Of a DNA stretch of 64,000 nucleotides, positions 1 through 10,199 are shown in pieces. The notes under the pieces were generated by a model, which was not told where the DNA came from, searched no databases, and saw only the letters and a list, made by a program, of their open reading frames with translations. Numbering within the stretch: position 1 is the first letter of the stretch; the number at the start of each line of letters is the position of its first letter. The position numbers and the translations under genes are program-made. The DNA is from Candidatus Latescibacterota bacterium. Lineage in GTDB: Bacteria; Latescibacterota; UBA2968; GCA-2709665. The stretch spans positions 4,896,001-4,960,000 of the forward strand of contig OZ250150.1 in assembly GCA_965237675.1 (NCBI GenBank). The letters run 5' to 3'.

Positions 1-2
1 AA

Positions 3-1685
3 GCCCATTTCGGGTCTGTCACGTCGGTGGCATTTTCGCCGGATGGGATGACGGTGGCAAGCGTCGGTTATACGAATCAGGTGAGGTTGTGGGACGTGGC
101 CACCGGGCAGGAAAAACACGCCCTGGAAGGACATACCCGCAGGCTCTGGTCGGTAGCGTTTTCGCCGGACGGGACGACGCTTGCAAGCGCCAGTGAAGAC
201 AGTACCGTGCGGTTGTGGGACGTGGCCACTGTGCAGGAAAAACACATCCTGACAGGACATACGCGGACCGTCACGTCGGTGGCGTTTTCGCCGGATGGTC
301 AGACCCTGGCAAGTGCCAGCTCGGACAGTACGGTGCGGTTGTGGGACGTGGCTACCGGGCAGGAAAAACACACCCTCACAGGACATCTCCAAAGGGTCTA
401 TTCGGTGGCGTTTTCGCCGGATGGGAGGACGCTGGCAAGCGCCAGTCGTGACCGTACTGTGCGGTTGTGGGACGTGGCCACGGGGCACGAAAAAAGCACC
501 CTCACAGGACATAGCGGGAGTGTCAATTCGGTGGCGTTCTCGCCGGATGGTCAGACCCTGGCCACCGGCAGTTACGACGAGACGGTGCGAGTGTGGGACG
601 TGGACACTGGGCAGGAAAAAGTCACCATCACAGGACATACGCCTTATGTCCTGCAGGTGGCGTTTTCGCCGGATGGGACGACGGTGGCAGGCGCCTATAA
701 TGACAGTACGGTACGGTTGTGGGACGTGGACACGGGGCAGAAAACAAGCACAATCACAGGAGATATTCGTGGGCTCAGGTCGGTAGCGTTTTCGCCGGAT
801 GGTCAGACCCTGGCCACCGGCAGTGGTGATGTGCGGTTGTGGGACGCGGCCACTGGGCAGGAAATAGGCGCCCTTACAGGACATGAGCGGACTGTCGAGT
901 CGGTAGTGTTTTCGCCGGATGGATCGACGCTGGCAAGCGGCAGTTACGACAAAACGGTGCGGTTGTGGGACGAGGCCACAGGCCAGGAAAAACACACCCT
1001 CACGGGACATACCGATGGGGTCAGGTCGGTGGCGTTTTCGCCGGATGGATCGACGCTGGCAAGCGGCAGTTACGACAAAACGGTGCGGTTGTGGGACGTG
1101 GCCACAGGGCAGGAAAAACACACCCTCACAGGACACTCCGCTGGGGTTTATTCGGTGGCGTTTTCGCCGGATGGGAGGACGCTGGCAAGCGCCAGTCGTG
1201 ACCGCACGGTGCGGGTGTGGGACGTGGCCACAGGGCAGGAAAAACACACCCTCACAGGACATGACAGGTTTGTCGAGTCGGTGGCGTTCTCGCCGGATGG
1301 CAGGACGCTGGTAAGTGGCAGCCCCTACAACAAAATGCTGGTGTGGGACGCCGCCACGTGGGAGGAAAAAGGCACCCTGATTGGACATACGTGGATTCTC
1401 ACGTCGGTGGCGTTTTCGCCGGACGGGATGACCCTGGCCAGCGGCAGTTACGACGGTACGATTCTACTGTGGGATATGTCGCCATATGTCGCACCTCAAC
1501 CCCTTACTGCGGACTTCGACGGCGACGGGACCGTGGGCTTTCCCGACTTTCTGCAATTCGCGGCGCAGGTCGGGCTGCGCCAGAGCGATGCCGGGTATGA
1601 CGCGCGCTTCGACCTAGACGGTGACGGCGCCGTCGAATTCAGCGACTTTCTCATCTTCGCGCGCAGCTTCGGCCAGGGTTCATGA
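3..1685 (+). CDS. WD40 repeat beta-propeller protein with C-terminal dockerin/EF-hand-like module (5' end outside window)
   Basis: Frame is open from position 3 (AHFGSVTSVAFSPDG). About 12 GH...SVAFSPDG...LWD repeats, then DFDGDGTVGFPDF...DLDGDGAVEFSDF. Confidence 0.93.
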   Translation, partial: AHFGSVTSVAFSPDGMTVASVGYTNQVRLWDVATGQEKHALEGHTRRLWSVAFSPDGTTLASASEDSTVRLWDVATVQEKHILTGHTRTVTSVAFSPDGQTLASASSDSTVRLWDVATGQEKHTLTGHLQRVYSVAFSPDGRTLASASRDRTVRLWDVATGHEKSTLTGHSGSVNSVAFSPDGQTLATGSYDETVRVWDVDTGQEKVTITGHTPYVLQVAFSPDGTTVAGAYNDSTVRLWDVDTGQKTSTITGDIRGLRSVAFSPDGQTLATGSGDVRLWDAATGQEIGALTGHERTVESVVFSPDGSTLASGSYDKTVRLWDEATGQEKHTLTGHTDGVRSVAFSPDGSTLASGSYDKTVRLWDVATGQEKHTLTGHSAGVYSVAFSPDGRTLASASRDRTVRVWDVATGQEKHTLTGHDRFVESVAFSPDGRTLVSGSPYNKMLVWDAATWEEKGTLIGHTWILTSVAFSPDGMTLASGSYDGTILLWDMSPYVAPQPLTADFDGDGTVGFPDFLQFAAQVGLRQSDAGYDARFDLDGDGAVEFSDFLIFARSFGQGS

Positions 1686-1975
1686 GGCCAACACGCCCTT
1701 TCTGAAAGAAATCGCGCCAGGCGATCGGCTTCACAATGGGTTTAGGGCGTTCACAGACCGGTCCGCGTTTGGAAAGGAGGAGGTATTGGAATCCATATCG
1801 TTAGACGTCAGGCCGTTGAATGTCTACTTGCGGACAATGATCGGCCGCAAGATTGGTTAACGCCGGTCACGGACCTGTTCACATTCGGGAAGGAGGTGAT
1901 ATTGGAAGCCATGTCGTTAAGTGTCTGGCCGCAGTACATCTACGTGAGAAACTACGGCCCGGGGCAAGTGCTGAT
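1686..1975 (+). repeat. Intergenic repeat copy 1 (near-identical to 4232-4520; shorter versions at ~9834-10005 and ~13413-13530)
   Basis: Direct comparison: ggccaacacgccctttctgaaag...ggggcaagtgctga recurs after the second WD40 gene with only a few substitutions. Confidence 0.9.
1786..1860 (+). CDS. Putative small peptide (24 aa, MESISLDVRPLNVYLRTMIGRKIG); same peptide encoded at 4332-4406
   Basis: AAGGAGG 5 nt before a TTG start; homologous to the adjacent sORF. Confidence 0.35.
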   Translation: MESISLDVRPLNVYLRTMIGRKIG

Positions 1976-1979
1976 CTGA
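1902..1979 (+). CDS. Putative small peptide (25 aa, MEAMSLSVWPQYIYVRNYGPGQVLI); homologs start at 4448, 9934 and 13455 (degenerate)
   Basis: Perfect SD AAGGAGGTGA before TTG. The stop position is not conserved between copies. Confidence 0.35.
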   Translation: MEAMSLSVWPQYIYVRNYGPGQVLI

Positions 1980-2015
1980 CACGTTCCACAGTGGGAACGG
2001 TCGAGCAATGCCGCA

Positions 2016-2167
2016 GACCAATGTTCACCAGGTCTCCACATATCGCCGTCACTCGCTCCAGGTCATAATAAAATCGCATCAGTCACAGTCTCTCCATGCC
2101 GTTTAATCAGAGTTAATCCCTCGTAATCATAGTCAATCACAGTCAATCTTAGTCCGGGGGGGTACAG
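2016..2167 (+). promoter_or_regulatory. Conserved ~150-bp gene leader, copy 1, with 10-bp phased AATC repeats
   Basis: aatcagagtt aatccctcgt aatcatagtc aatcacagtc aatcttagtc just before the G-rich RBS; homologous blocks precede 8 other sites. Confidence 0.7.
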
Positions 2168-4231
2168 ATGAAAAAGCTCACGATTTTGAGCCTCATTCTT
2201 CTTTTGACGACGGTCTTGTTTGCACAGTACGCCCACGCACAGGATTACCTTCGCTGGGGGCTGCCCGAAGGGGCCCTCGTGAGGCTGGGCAAGGGAGACG
2301 TCCGCGCCGTGGCCTGGTCGCCGGACGGCACGCGCCTGGCCGTGGGGGGCACCGTCGGCATCTGGCTATACGATGCCCGCACCGGGGTCGAAGTTTCTCT
2401 GATCACGGGCCATACGAGGAGAGTCAATACGATGGTGTTTTCGCCGGACGGGACCACACTGGCAAGCGCCGGTCACGACGGCACGGCACGGTTGTGGGAC
2501 GTGGCCACCGGACAGGAAATAGGCAGTTTCACAGGACATACGAAGAATGTCAATTCGGTGGCGTTTTCGCCGAATGGGACGACACTGGCAACCGGCGGTT
2601 ATACGGGTAACTTGCCTCCGGTGCGGCTGTGGGACGTGGCCACCGGACAGGAAATAGGCAGTTTCACAGGACATACGAAGAATGTCAATTCGGTGGCGTT
2701 CTCTCCGGACGGAACTGCGCTGGCAAGCGCCAGTAGTGACAATACAGTCCGGTTGTGGGACGTCGCTGCCGGACAGGAGAAACACACACTGACTGGGCAT
2801 ACCCGTGCGGTCAGACAGGTGACGTTTTCACCGGATGGGACCACGCTGGCAAGCGCCAGTCAGGACAGTACGGCGCGGCTGTGGGACGTGGCCACCGGGC
2901 AGGAGAAACACACCCTCACAGGACATACGTCCAGCGTCTATTGGGTGGTGTATTCACCGGATGGGACCACGCTGGCAAGCGCCAGTCTTGACAAAACCGT
3001 GCGCCTTTGGGACGTAGCCGCCGGGCAGGAAAACGTCACCATCACTGGACATACCGGTCAGGTCTATTCGGTGGTGTATTCACCGGACGGGAACACGCTG
3101 GCAAGCGCCAGTCTTGACAAGACTGTGCGGCTGTGGGACGTGGACACCGGGGAGGAAAAACACACCCTCACAGGACATACGTCCAGCGTCAGGTCGGTTG
3201 TGTATTCGCCGGACGGGACCACGCTGGCCAGCCGCAGTGGCGACAATACGGTGCGGTTGTGGGACGTGGCCACGGGACAGGAAAAAGTAAACATCACAGG
3301 ATATACGCCTTATGTCCTGTCGGTCGTGTTTTCACCCGATGGGACTACGCTGGCCAGCGCCAATAACGATGGTACGGTACCGTTGTGGGACGTGGCGAAA
3401 GGACAGATAAAAAGCACACTCGGAGGGGACGTCAGTAGGCTCAGGTCGGTGGCGTTTTCGCCCGATGGGACTATGCTGGCAAGCGGCGGTAGTGATGTGC
3501 GGCTATGGGACGTGGCCACGGGGCAGGAAATAAGCATCCTTACAGGACATACGCGGAATGTCTTGTCGGTGGCGTTTTCGCCGGATGGGACCACGCTGGC
3601 AACCGGCAGCGATGACGATACGGTGCGGTTATGGGACGTGGCCCCGGGGCAGGAAAAATACACCCTTACAGGACATACCAATGGGGTCTATGCCGTTGCG
3701 TTTTCGCCGGATGGGATGACAGTGGCAAGCGGCAGTCGTGACAATACGGTGCGGTTGTGGAACGTGACCACAGGGCACGAAAAAATCACCCTCACAGTCT
3801 CAGAACATACCAACTGGGTCGAGTCGGTGGCGTTTTCGCCGGATGGCAGGACGCTGGTAGGCGGCAGCCCCTACAACAAAATGCTGCTGTGGGTCGTGGC
3901 CACGGGTCAGGAAATAGGCACATTGACAGGACATACATGGTATCTCGTGACGTTGGCGTTTTCGCCGGACGGGATGACCCTGGCCAGCGGCAGTTACGAC
4001 GGCACGATTCTGCTGTGGGATATGTCACCTTATGTTACAACTCAACCCCTTGCTAGCGACTTCGACGGCGACGGGACCGTGGGTTTTCCCGATTTTCTGC
4101 AATTCGCGGCGCAGGTCGGGCTGAGCCAGGGAGACGCCGGGTTTGACGCGCGGTTCGATCTGAACGGCGACGGAACCGTCGAGTTCGGCGATTTTGTGAT
4201 CTTTGCACGCAGCTTCGGCCAGGGTTCATGA
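2168..4231 (+). CDS. Secreted WD40 repeat protein with C-terminal dockerin-like module
   Basis: Signal peptide (..AHA|QD), WGLPEGA..RLGKG motif, ~14 WD40 repeats, duplicated DFDGDG/DLNGDG loops. Confidence 0.95.
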   Translation: MKKLTILSLILLLTTVLFAQYAHAQDYLRWGLPEGALVRLGKGDVRAVAWSPDGTRLAVGGTVGIWLYDARTGVEVSLITGHTRRVNTMVFSPDGTTLASAGHDGTARLWDVATGQEIGSFTGHTKNVNSVAFSPNGTTLATGGYTGNLPPVRLWDVATGQEIGSFTGHTKNVNSVAFSPDGTALASASSDNTVRLWDVAAGQEKHTLTGHTRAVRQVTFSPDGTTLASASQDSTARLWDVATGQEKHTLTGHTSSVYWVVYSPDGTTLASASLDKTVRLWDVAAGQENVTITGHTGQVYSVVYSPDGNTLASASLDKTVRLWDVDTGEEKHTLTGHTSSVRSVVYSPDGTTLASRSGDNTVRLWDVATGQEKVNITGYTPYVLSVVFSPDGTTLASANNDGTVPLWDVAKGQIKSTLGGDVSRLRSVAFSPDGTMLASGGSDVRLWDVATGQEISILTGHTRNVLSVAFSPDGTTLATGSDDDTVRLWDVAPGQEKYTLTGHTNGVYAVAFSPDGMTVASGSRDNTVRLWNVTTGHEKITLTVSEHTNWVESVAFSPDGRTLVGGSPYNKMLLWVVATGQEIGTLTGHTWYLVTLAFSPDGMTLASGSYDGTILLWDMSPYVTTQPLASDFDGDGTVGFPDFLQFAAQVGLSQGDAGFDARFDLNGDGTVEFGDFVIFARSFGQGS

Positions 4232-4712
4232 GGCCAACACGCCCTTTCTGAAAGAAATCGCGCCAGGCGATCGGCTTCACAATGGGTTTAGGGCGTTCAC
4301 AGACCGGTCCGCGTTTGGAAAGGAGGAGGTATTGGAATCCATATCGTTGGACGTCAGGCCGTTGAATGTCTACTTGCGGACAATGATCGGCCGCAAGATT
4401 GGTTAACGCCGGTCACGGACCTGTTCACATTCGGGAAGGAGGTGATATTGGAAGCCATGTCGTTAAGTGTCTGGCCGCAGTACATCTACGTGAGAAACTA
4501 CGGCCCGGGGCAAGTGCTGAACGGCAAGTTGCGCAATGGGAGCGGTCGAGCAATGCCGCCGATCAATGCACACAAGGTCTCTCCATATCTACATCACTCG
4601 CACCAAGTCATGACAAAATTCACATCAATCACAGTCTCTTCATGTGGTTTAATCACAGTCCATCATCGTAATCATAGTTAATCACAGTCAATCTTAGTCC
4701 GGGGGGGTTCAG
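4232..4712 (+). repeat. Intergenic repeat copy 2 plus conserved leader copy 2 (4561-4712)
   Basis: Near identity with 1686-1975, followed by the AATCACAGT-rich leader. Confidence 0.85.
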
Positions 4713-5939
4713 ATGAAAAGGTTAACGTTTTCGAGCCTAATTCTTCTCATTGTTTCATTCTTATTTGCACAGAACAGCCACGCGCAGGACTACAATCGCT
4801 GGAGCTTGCCCGAAGGCGCCCGCATGCGTCTGGGCAAAGGAAACGTGCGCGACGTGGCCTGGTCGCCGGACCGCGCGCTCCTGGCCGCGGGGGGCACCGC
4901 CGGCATCTGGCTCTACGATGCCAGTACAGGAGCGGAAGTTTCCTTGATCACTGGACATTCGTTCAGGGTCAATGCCGTTGCATTTTCGCCCGACGGTATG
5001 ACGCTGGCAAGTGGCAGCCGGGACGATACGGTGCGGTTGTGGGATGTGGCCACCGGGAAGGAAAAAAGCATCCTCACGGGACACACCTACGATGTCGAGG
5101 CGGTGGCATTCTCGCTGGATGGGACGACGCTGGCAAGCGGCAGTCGCGACGGTACGGTGCGGCTGTGGGACGTGGCCACCGGACAGGAAATAGGCAGTTT
5201 CACAGGACATACGAAGAATGTCAATTCGGTGGCGTTCTCTCCGGACGGAACTGCGCTGGCAAGCGCCAGTAGTGACAATACAGTCCGGTTGTGGGACGTC
5301 GCTGCCGGACAGGAGAAACACACACTGACTGGGCATACCCGTGCGGTCAGACAGGTGACGTTTTCACCGGATGGGACCACGCTGGCAAGCGCCAGTCAGG
5401 ACAGTACGGCGCGGCTGTGGGACGTGGCCACCGGGCAGGAGAAACACACCCTCACAGGACATACGTCCAGCGTCTATTGGGTGGTGTATTCACCGGATGG
5501 GACGACGCTGGCAAGCGCCAGTCTTGACAAAACCGTGCGGCTGTGGAACGTGGCCGCCGGGCAGGAAAACGTCACCATCACTGGACATGCCGGTCAGGTC
5601 TATTCGGTGGTGTATTCACCGGACGGGAACACGCTGGCAAGCGCCAGTCTTGACAAGACTGTGCGGCTGTGGGACGCGGACACCGGGGAGGAAAAACACA
5701 CCCTCACAGGACATACGTCCAGCGTCAGGTCGGTTGTGTATTCGCCGGACGGGACCACGCTGGCCAGCCGCAGTGGCGACAATACGGTGCGGTTGTGGGA
5801 CGTGGCCACGGGACAGGAAAAAGTAAACATCACAGGATATACGCCTTATGTCCTGTCGGTCGTGTTTTCACCCGATGGGACTACGCTGGCCAGCGCCAAT
5901 AACGATGGTACGGTACCGTTGCCCTACGTGCCAATATAG
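4713..5939 (+). pseudogene. Secreted WD40 protein truncated by IS3; C-terminal repeats and dockerin missing
   Basis: Near-identical to the 2168 gene up to 5921 (..NNDGTVPL), then reads into the IS end (PYVPI*). Confidence 0.85.
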
Positions 5940-5999
5940 AGTGAGACAACTCCCCATCCGAGTTTAGTGTAGGTTTGAGGGCGGAGAGGAGAGCAAGAG

Positions 6000-6467
6000 A
6001 TGATGAGTATGGACAACGGCCGACAGGAGCAGGTGTCGGTAGCAGTCCCGGAGCGGAGCGAAGGGACTGCTACCGAGGCGCCCCGCCCTGACCCGGAAGT
6101 GCCAGAGAAGGCGAAGCGCCGGCGGTTCACTGCGCGGTACAAGCTTCGGGTCCTCCAAGAGGCGGAGGCGTGTCGAGAGCCGGGTCAGCTCGGCGCATTG
6201 CTGCGACGAGAGGGGCTATACTCCTCGCACCTGGCACAATGGCGTCGCGCCCGGCGTGAAGGATCGTTGAAGGCGCTTTCCAAGCAGCGCGGTCCCAAGG
6301 GCCGTCGTCGCGAACCGGTGGCCGTCGAGAACGAGCAGCTACGCAAAGAAAACGCTCGGTTGCGACGACGCCTGGAGCAGGCGCAGATGGTCCTTGAGAT
6401 CCAAAAAAAAGCCTCGGAGATCCTGGGCATCCCCCTGAACCCGCCGCCGAGCGACGACGACGCATGA
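6000..6467 (+). CDS. IS3-family transposase OrfA (HTH + leucine zipper)
   Basis: RRRFTARYKLRVLQEA..GALLRREGLYSSHLAQWRR plus coiled coil. A8G at 6403-6411, with the -1 frame open into OrfB. Confidence 0.9.
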   Translation: MMSMDNGRQEQVSVAVPERSEGTATEAPRPDPEVPEKAKRRRFTARYKLRVLQEAEACREPGQLGALLRREGLYSSHLAQWRRARREGSLKALSKQRGPKGRRREPVAVENEQLRKENARLRRRLEQAQMVLEIQKKASEILGIPLNPPPSDDDA

Positions 6468-7477
6468 AAGCCGCCGCCGAACAATTGGCCCCGACCGTCG
6501 GCTTGGCTTCGGCGTGCCGCGCGTTGGGTGTGGCTCGGGCCTCGGTCTACCGGCAGCGCAAGCCCCCTGTGTCGAGACGCCGTCCCTGTTGCCGGCCTTC
6601 GCCGCGTGCGCTGGCCCCGCCGGAGCGAGCCCACGTGCTGGACGTGCTGCACGAGGACCGCTTCGTAGACCGAGCCCCGGCGGCAGTATACGCCATCCTG
6701 CTGGAGCAAGGACGGTATCTGTGCTCGATACGAACGATGTATCGCCTGCTCCACAATGCCAAAGAGGTGCACGAGCGACGACGACAGCGGCGCCACCCGC
6801 ATCGGGAACCGCCGCGCTTGGTGGCCACCGCCCCAAACCAGGTGTGGACTTGGGACATCACGCGCCTGCCGGGTCCGCGCAAGTGGGTGACCTATCCCCT
6901 CTATGTGGTGCTGGATCTGTTCTCGCGCTACGTCGTGGCTTGGATGGTGGCCACGCGCGAGAGCGCCACCCGGGCGCAGCGGTTAATCCACAGCGCCTGC
7001 CAAAAGCAGGACATCGAGCCCGGACAACTCACCCTGCACCAGGACCGGGGTGGGCCCATGACGGCTAAGACGTTTTCGCAGTTGTTGATCGATCTGGACA
7101 TCCTGGCCAGCTACTCGAGGCCGCGCGTGTCCGATGATAATCCGTACTCGGAAAGCCAATTCAAGACGCTCAAATACGCACCGACGTACCCGGGGCGCTT
7201 TTCCAGTACTCACAACGCGCGCACCTATTTCCAGACGTTTTTCCCCTGGTACAACACCCAACACCGTCACAGTGGATTGGGGCTGCTCACACCGGACAAA
7301 GTGCACTACGGCCTGGCCGACGAGATTCAGACGGCACGACAGCACGTGCTCCACAAGGCCTTTGCAAACCATCCTGAACGCTTCGTCAACGGCCCGCCTC
7401 GACCACCACGGGTTCCTCGTGTAGTCTGGATCAATCAGCCACCAAACTCCATCGAATGCGACCGTATGCGTCATTGA
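6464..7477 (+). CDS. IS3-family transposase OrfB (rve integrase core, DDE)
   Basis: PNQVWTWDIT, LDLFSRYVVAW, HQDRGG, DNPYSESQFKTLK, WYNTQHRHSGL. Confidence 0.93.
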   Translation: MKAAAEQLAPTVGLASACRALGVARASVYRQRKPPVSRRRPCCRPSPRALAPPERAHVLDVLHEDRFVDRAPAAVYAILLEQGRYLCSIRTMYRLLHNAKEVHERRRQRRHPHREPPRLVATAPNQVWTWDITRLPGPRKWVTYPLYVVLDLFSRYVVAWMVATRESATRAQRLIHSACQKQDIEPGQLTLHQDRGGPMTAKTFSQLLIDLDILASYSRPRVSDDNPYSESQFKTLKYAPTYPGRFSSTHNARTYFQTFFPWYNTQHRHSGLGLLTPDKVHYGLADEIQTARQHVLHKAFANHPERFVNGPPRPPRVPRVVWINQPPNSIECDRMRH

Positions 7478-7517
7478 ATTCTCACGCGAGGTGTCTCATT
7501 CCTATTGACATGTTCCG

Positions 7518-7658
7518 GACCAATGTACACCGGGGCTCTCCATAAATCCATCACTCGCTCCAGGCCATTACAAAAATCACATCAATCACAGTCTCTTCAT
7601 GCGGTTTAATCACAGTTAATCCCTCGTAATCAAAGTTAATCACAGTCAGGGGGTACAG
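7518..7658 (+). promoter_or_regulatory. Conserved leader copy 3, directly abutting the IS3 right end
   Basis: gaccaatgtacacc...aatcacatcaatcacagtctcttcatgcggtttaatcacagttaatccctcgtaatc. Confidence 0.7.
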
Positions 7659-9833
7659 ATGAATAGGTCAACGATTTTGAGCCTCACACTTATTTTGACG
7701 GCTGTCTTGTCTTCACAGGACAGCCGCGCACAGGATTACACACGCTTGGGACTGCCCCACGGGGCCCTCATGCGCCTGGGTAAAGGAGAATCACGCCTGG
7801 TGGCCTGGTCGCGGGACGGCACGCGACTGGCGGTTGGGGGCACCATTGGCATCTGGGTTTACGATACCGAAACCGGGGCCGAGGTTTCCCTGCTCACGGG
7901 TCATAGATCTGGCGTGGTATCTATGGCGTTATCGCCGGATGGGACGATCCTGGCAAGCGCCAGTGGCGACTATACGGTGCGGTTGTGGGACGTGGCCACG
8001 TGGGAGGGAAAAAGCACCTTGACAGGACATACCCATCGGGTCAATTCGGTTGCATTTTCGCCCGATGGCACGACGCTGGCAAGCGCCAGTTGGGACAAAA
8101 CGGTGCGGCTGTGGGACATGGCCACAGGGCACGAGAAAAACACCCTCACAGGACATACGGGCATTGTCAATTCGGTGGCGTTTTCGCCCGATGGTCTCAC
8201 GCTGGCAAGTGGCAGTCGGGACGAAACGGTGCGGCTATGGGACGCGGCCACAGGGCACGAGAAAAACACCCTCACAGGACATGCGTCGTCTGTCACGTCC
8301 GTGGTGTTTTCGCCGGATGGGAAGACACTGGCCGGCGCCAGTGGTGATCGTACGGTGCGGTTGTGGGACGTGTCCACGGGCGAGCAAAAAGGCGCCGTGA
8401 CAGAACAAAACTGGTGGCCCGGATCGGTGGCGTTTTCGCCGGATGGGACGATGCTGGCCAGCGGCGGTTACGACAATACGGTGCGATTGTGGGACGTGGC
8501 AACAGGGCAAGTCGATCACACCCTCAAAGGACATACGGCGACAGTCAGGTCGGTAGCGTTTTCGCCGGATGGGACGATGCTGGCCAGTGGCAGTTCGGAC
8601 AATACGGTGCGGTTGTGGGACGCGGCCACGCAAAAGGAAAAAAACACCCTGACAGGACATTCGGGGACGATCAGGACGATAGCGTTTTCGCCGGACGGGA
8701 CATCGCTGGCAAGTGCCAGTTGGGACTATACGGCGCGGTTGTGGGACGTGGCTACCGGGCAGGCAAAAACCACCCTGACAGGACATTCCAGTTTTACAAG
8801 GTCGGTAGCGTTTTCGCCGGACGGGAAAACGCTGGCCAGCGGCGATTCTGACAATACGGCGCGGTTGTGGGACGTGGCCACAGGGCACGTAAAACGCACT
8901 TTCACAGGATATACCCGCGATGTCAGTTCGGTAGCGTTTTCGCCGGATGGGACCACGCTGGCCGGCGGCAGCTGGGACGGGACTGTACGGTTGTGGGACG
9001 AGGCCACAGGCCAGGTAAAACACACCCTCACAGGACATACCCGCGGGGTCGAGTCGGTGGCGTTTTCGCCGGATGGGACGACGCTGGCCAGCGGAGGTGC
9101 GGACGAGACGGTGCGGTTGTGGGACGTAGCTACGGGGCAGGAGCAAGGCACCTTGACAGGACATTTCGGTTGGGTCCTTTCGGTAGCGTTTTCACCGGAT
9201 GGGACGACACTGGCAAGCGCCAGTCGGGACGAAACCGTCCGGTTGTGGGACGTGGCTACCGGGCAGGAAAAAAGCACCCTGACAGGACATTCCAGTTTTA
9301 CCAGGTCGGTAGCGTTTTCGCCGGATGGGACCACGCTGGCGAGCTCCAGTCAGGACAGTACGGTGCGGTTGTGGAACGTGGCTACCGGGCAGGAAGAAAA
9401 CATCCTCACAGGACATACAGATTGGGTCTTTTCGGTGGTGTTTTCGCCGGATGGGACGACGCTGGCCAGCAGCAGCTGGGACGGTACGGTTCGGTTGTGG
9501 AACGCGGACACGGGGAGGGGAAAAAACACCTTCACGGCGCATACATATTGGGTCCCAACGGTTGCGTTTTCGCCGGATGGAAGCGCGCTGGCAAGCGGCG
9601 GCAGCGCGATTTTATTATGGGATGTCTCACCGTATGTCGCGCCTCAATCCCTTGTTGCCGACTTCGACGGCGACGGCACTGTGGGTTTCCCCGACTTCCT
9701 GCAGTTTGCGTCGCAGTTCGGGCAGAGCCAGGGTGACGCCGGATTTGACGCGCGTTTCGATCTGGACAGCGACGGCACCGTCGGGTTCAACGATTTCGTG
9801 ATCTTCGCACGCAGCTTCGGCCGGGGTACGTGA
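7659..9833 (+). CDS. Secreted WD40 repeat protein with C-terminal dockerin-like module
   Basis: Signal peptide, LGLPHGA..RLGKG, ~15 WD40 repeats, DFDGDG/DLDSDG tail. Confidence 0.95.
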   Translation: MNRSTILSLTLILTAVLSSQDSRAQDYTRLGLPHGALMRLGKGESRLVAWSRDGTRLAVGGTIGIWVYDTETGAEVSLLTGHRSGVVSMALSPDGTILASASGDYTVRLWDVATWEGKSTLTGHTHRVNSVAFSPDGTTLASASWDKTVRLWDMATGHEKNTLTGHTGIVNSVAFSPDGLTLASGSRDETVRLWDAATGHEKNTLTGHASSVTSVVFSPDGKTLAGASGDRTVRLWDVSTGEQKGAVTEQNWWPGSVAFSPDGTMLASGGYDNTVRLWDVATGQVDHTLKGHTATVRSVAFSPDGTMLASGSSDNTVRLWDAATQKEKNTLTGHSGTIRTIAFSPDGTSLASASWDYTARLWDVATGQAKTTLTGHSSFTRSVAFSPDGKTLASGDSDNTARLWDVATGHVKRTFTGYTRDVSSVAFSPDGTTLAGGSWDGTVRLWDEATGQVKHTLTGHTRGVESVAFSPDGTTLASGGADETVRLWDVATGQEQGTLTGHFGWVLSVAFSPDGTTLASASRDETVRLWDVATGQEKSTLTGHSSFTRSVAFSPDGTTLASSSQDSTVRLWNVATGQEENILTGHTDWVFSVVFSPDGTTLASSSWDGTVRLWNADTGRGKNTFTAHTYWVPTVAFSPDGSALASGGSAILLWDVSPYVAPQSLVADFDGDGTVGFPDFLQFASQFGQSQGDAGFDARFDLDSDGTVGFNDFVIFARSFGRGT

Positions 9834-10046
9834 GGCGAACCCGCCCTGTCAGAAACAGGTCGCGCCAGGCGATCGGCTGAACATGTGTTTGACGCCGTTC
9901 ATGGACCTGCACGCGTTCGGAAAGGAGGTGATATTGGAATCCATGTCGTTAAGTGTCGGACCGCAGTACATCTACGTGAGAAACTACGGCCCGGGGCAAG
10001 TGCTGAACGGCAAGTTGCGCAATGGGAGCGGTCGAGCAATGCCGCC

Positions 10047-10199
10047 GACCAACGTACACCAGGTCTCTTCATTTCGCCTTCACTCGCTCAGGTCATTTCA
10101 AGAATCACATCAATCACAGTCTCTCCATTTGGGTTTAATCACAGTCCATCATCGTAATCATAGTTAATCACAGTCAATCTTAGTCCGGGGGGTATTCAG
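10047..10199 (+). promoter_or_regulatory. Conserved leader copy 4
   Basis: Homologous to 4561-4712. Confidence 0.7.

Larger units (their letters stand above)
5922..7517 (+). mobile_element. IS3-family insertion sequence
   Basis: Imperfect terminal IRs (ccctacgTGCCAATAtagagTGAGACA vs reverse complement cggaacaTGTCAATAggaaTGAGACA), OrfA/OrfB layout and an A8G slippery site. No target duplication is visible. Confidence 0.88.
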
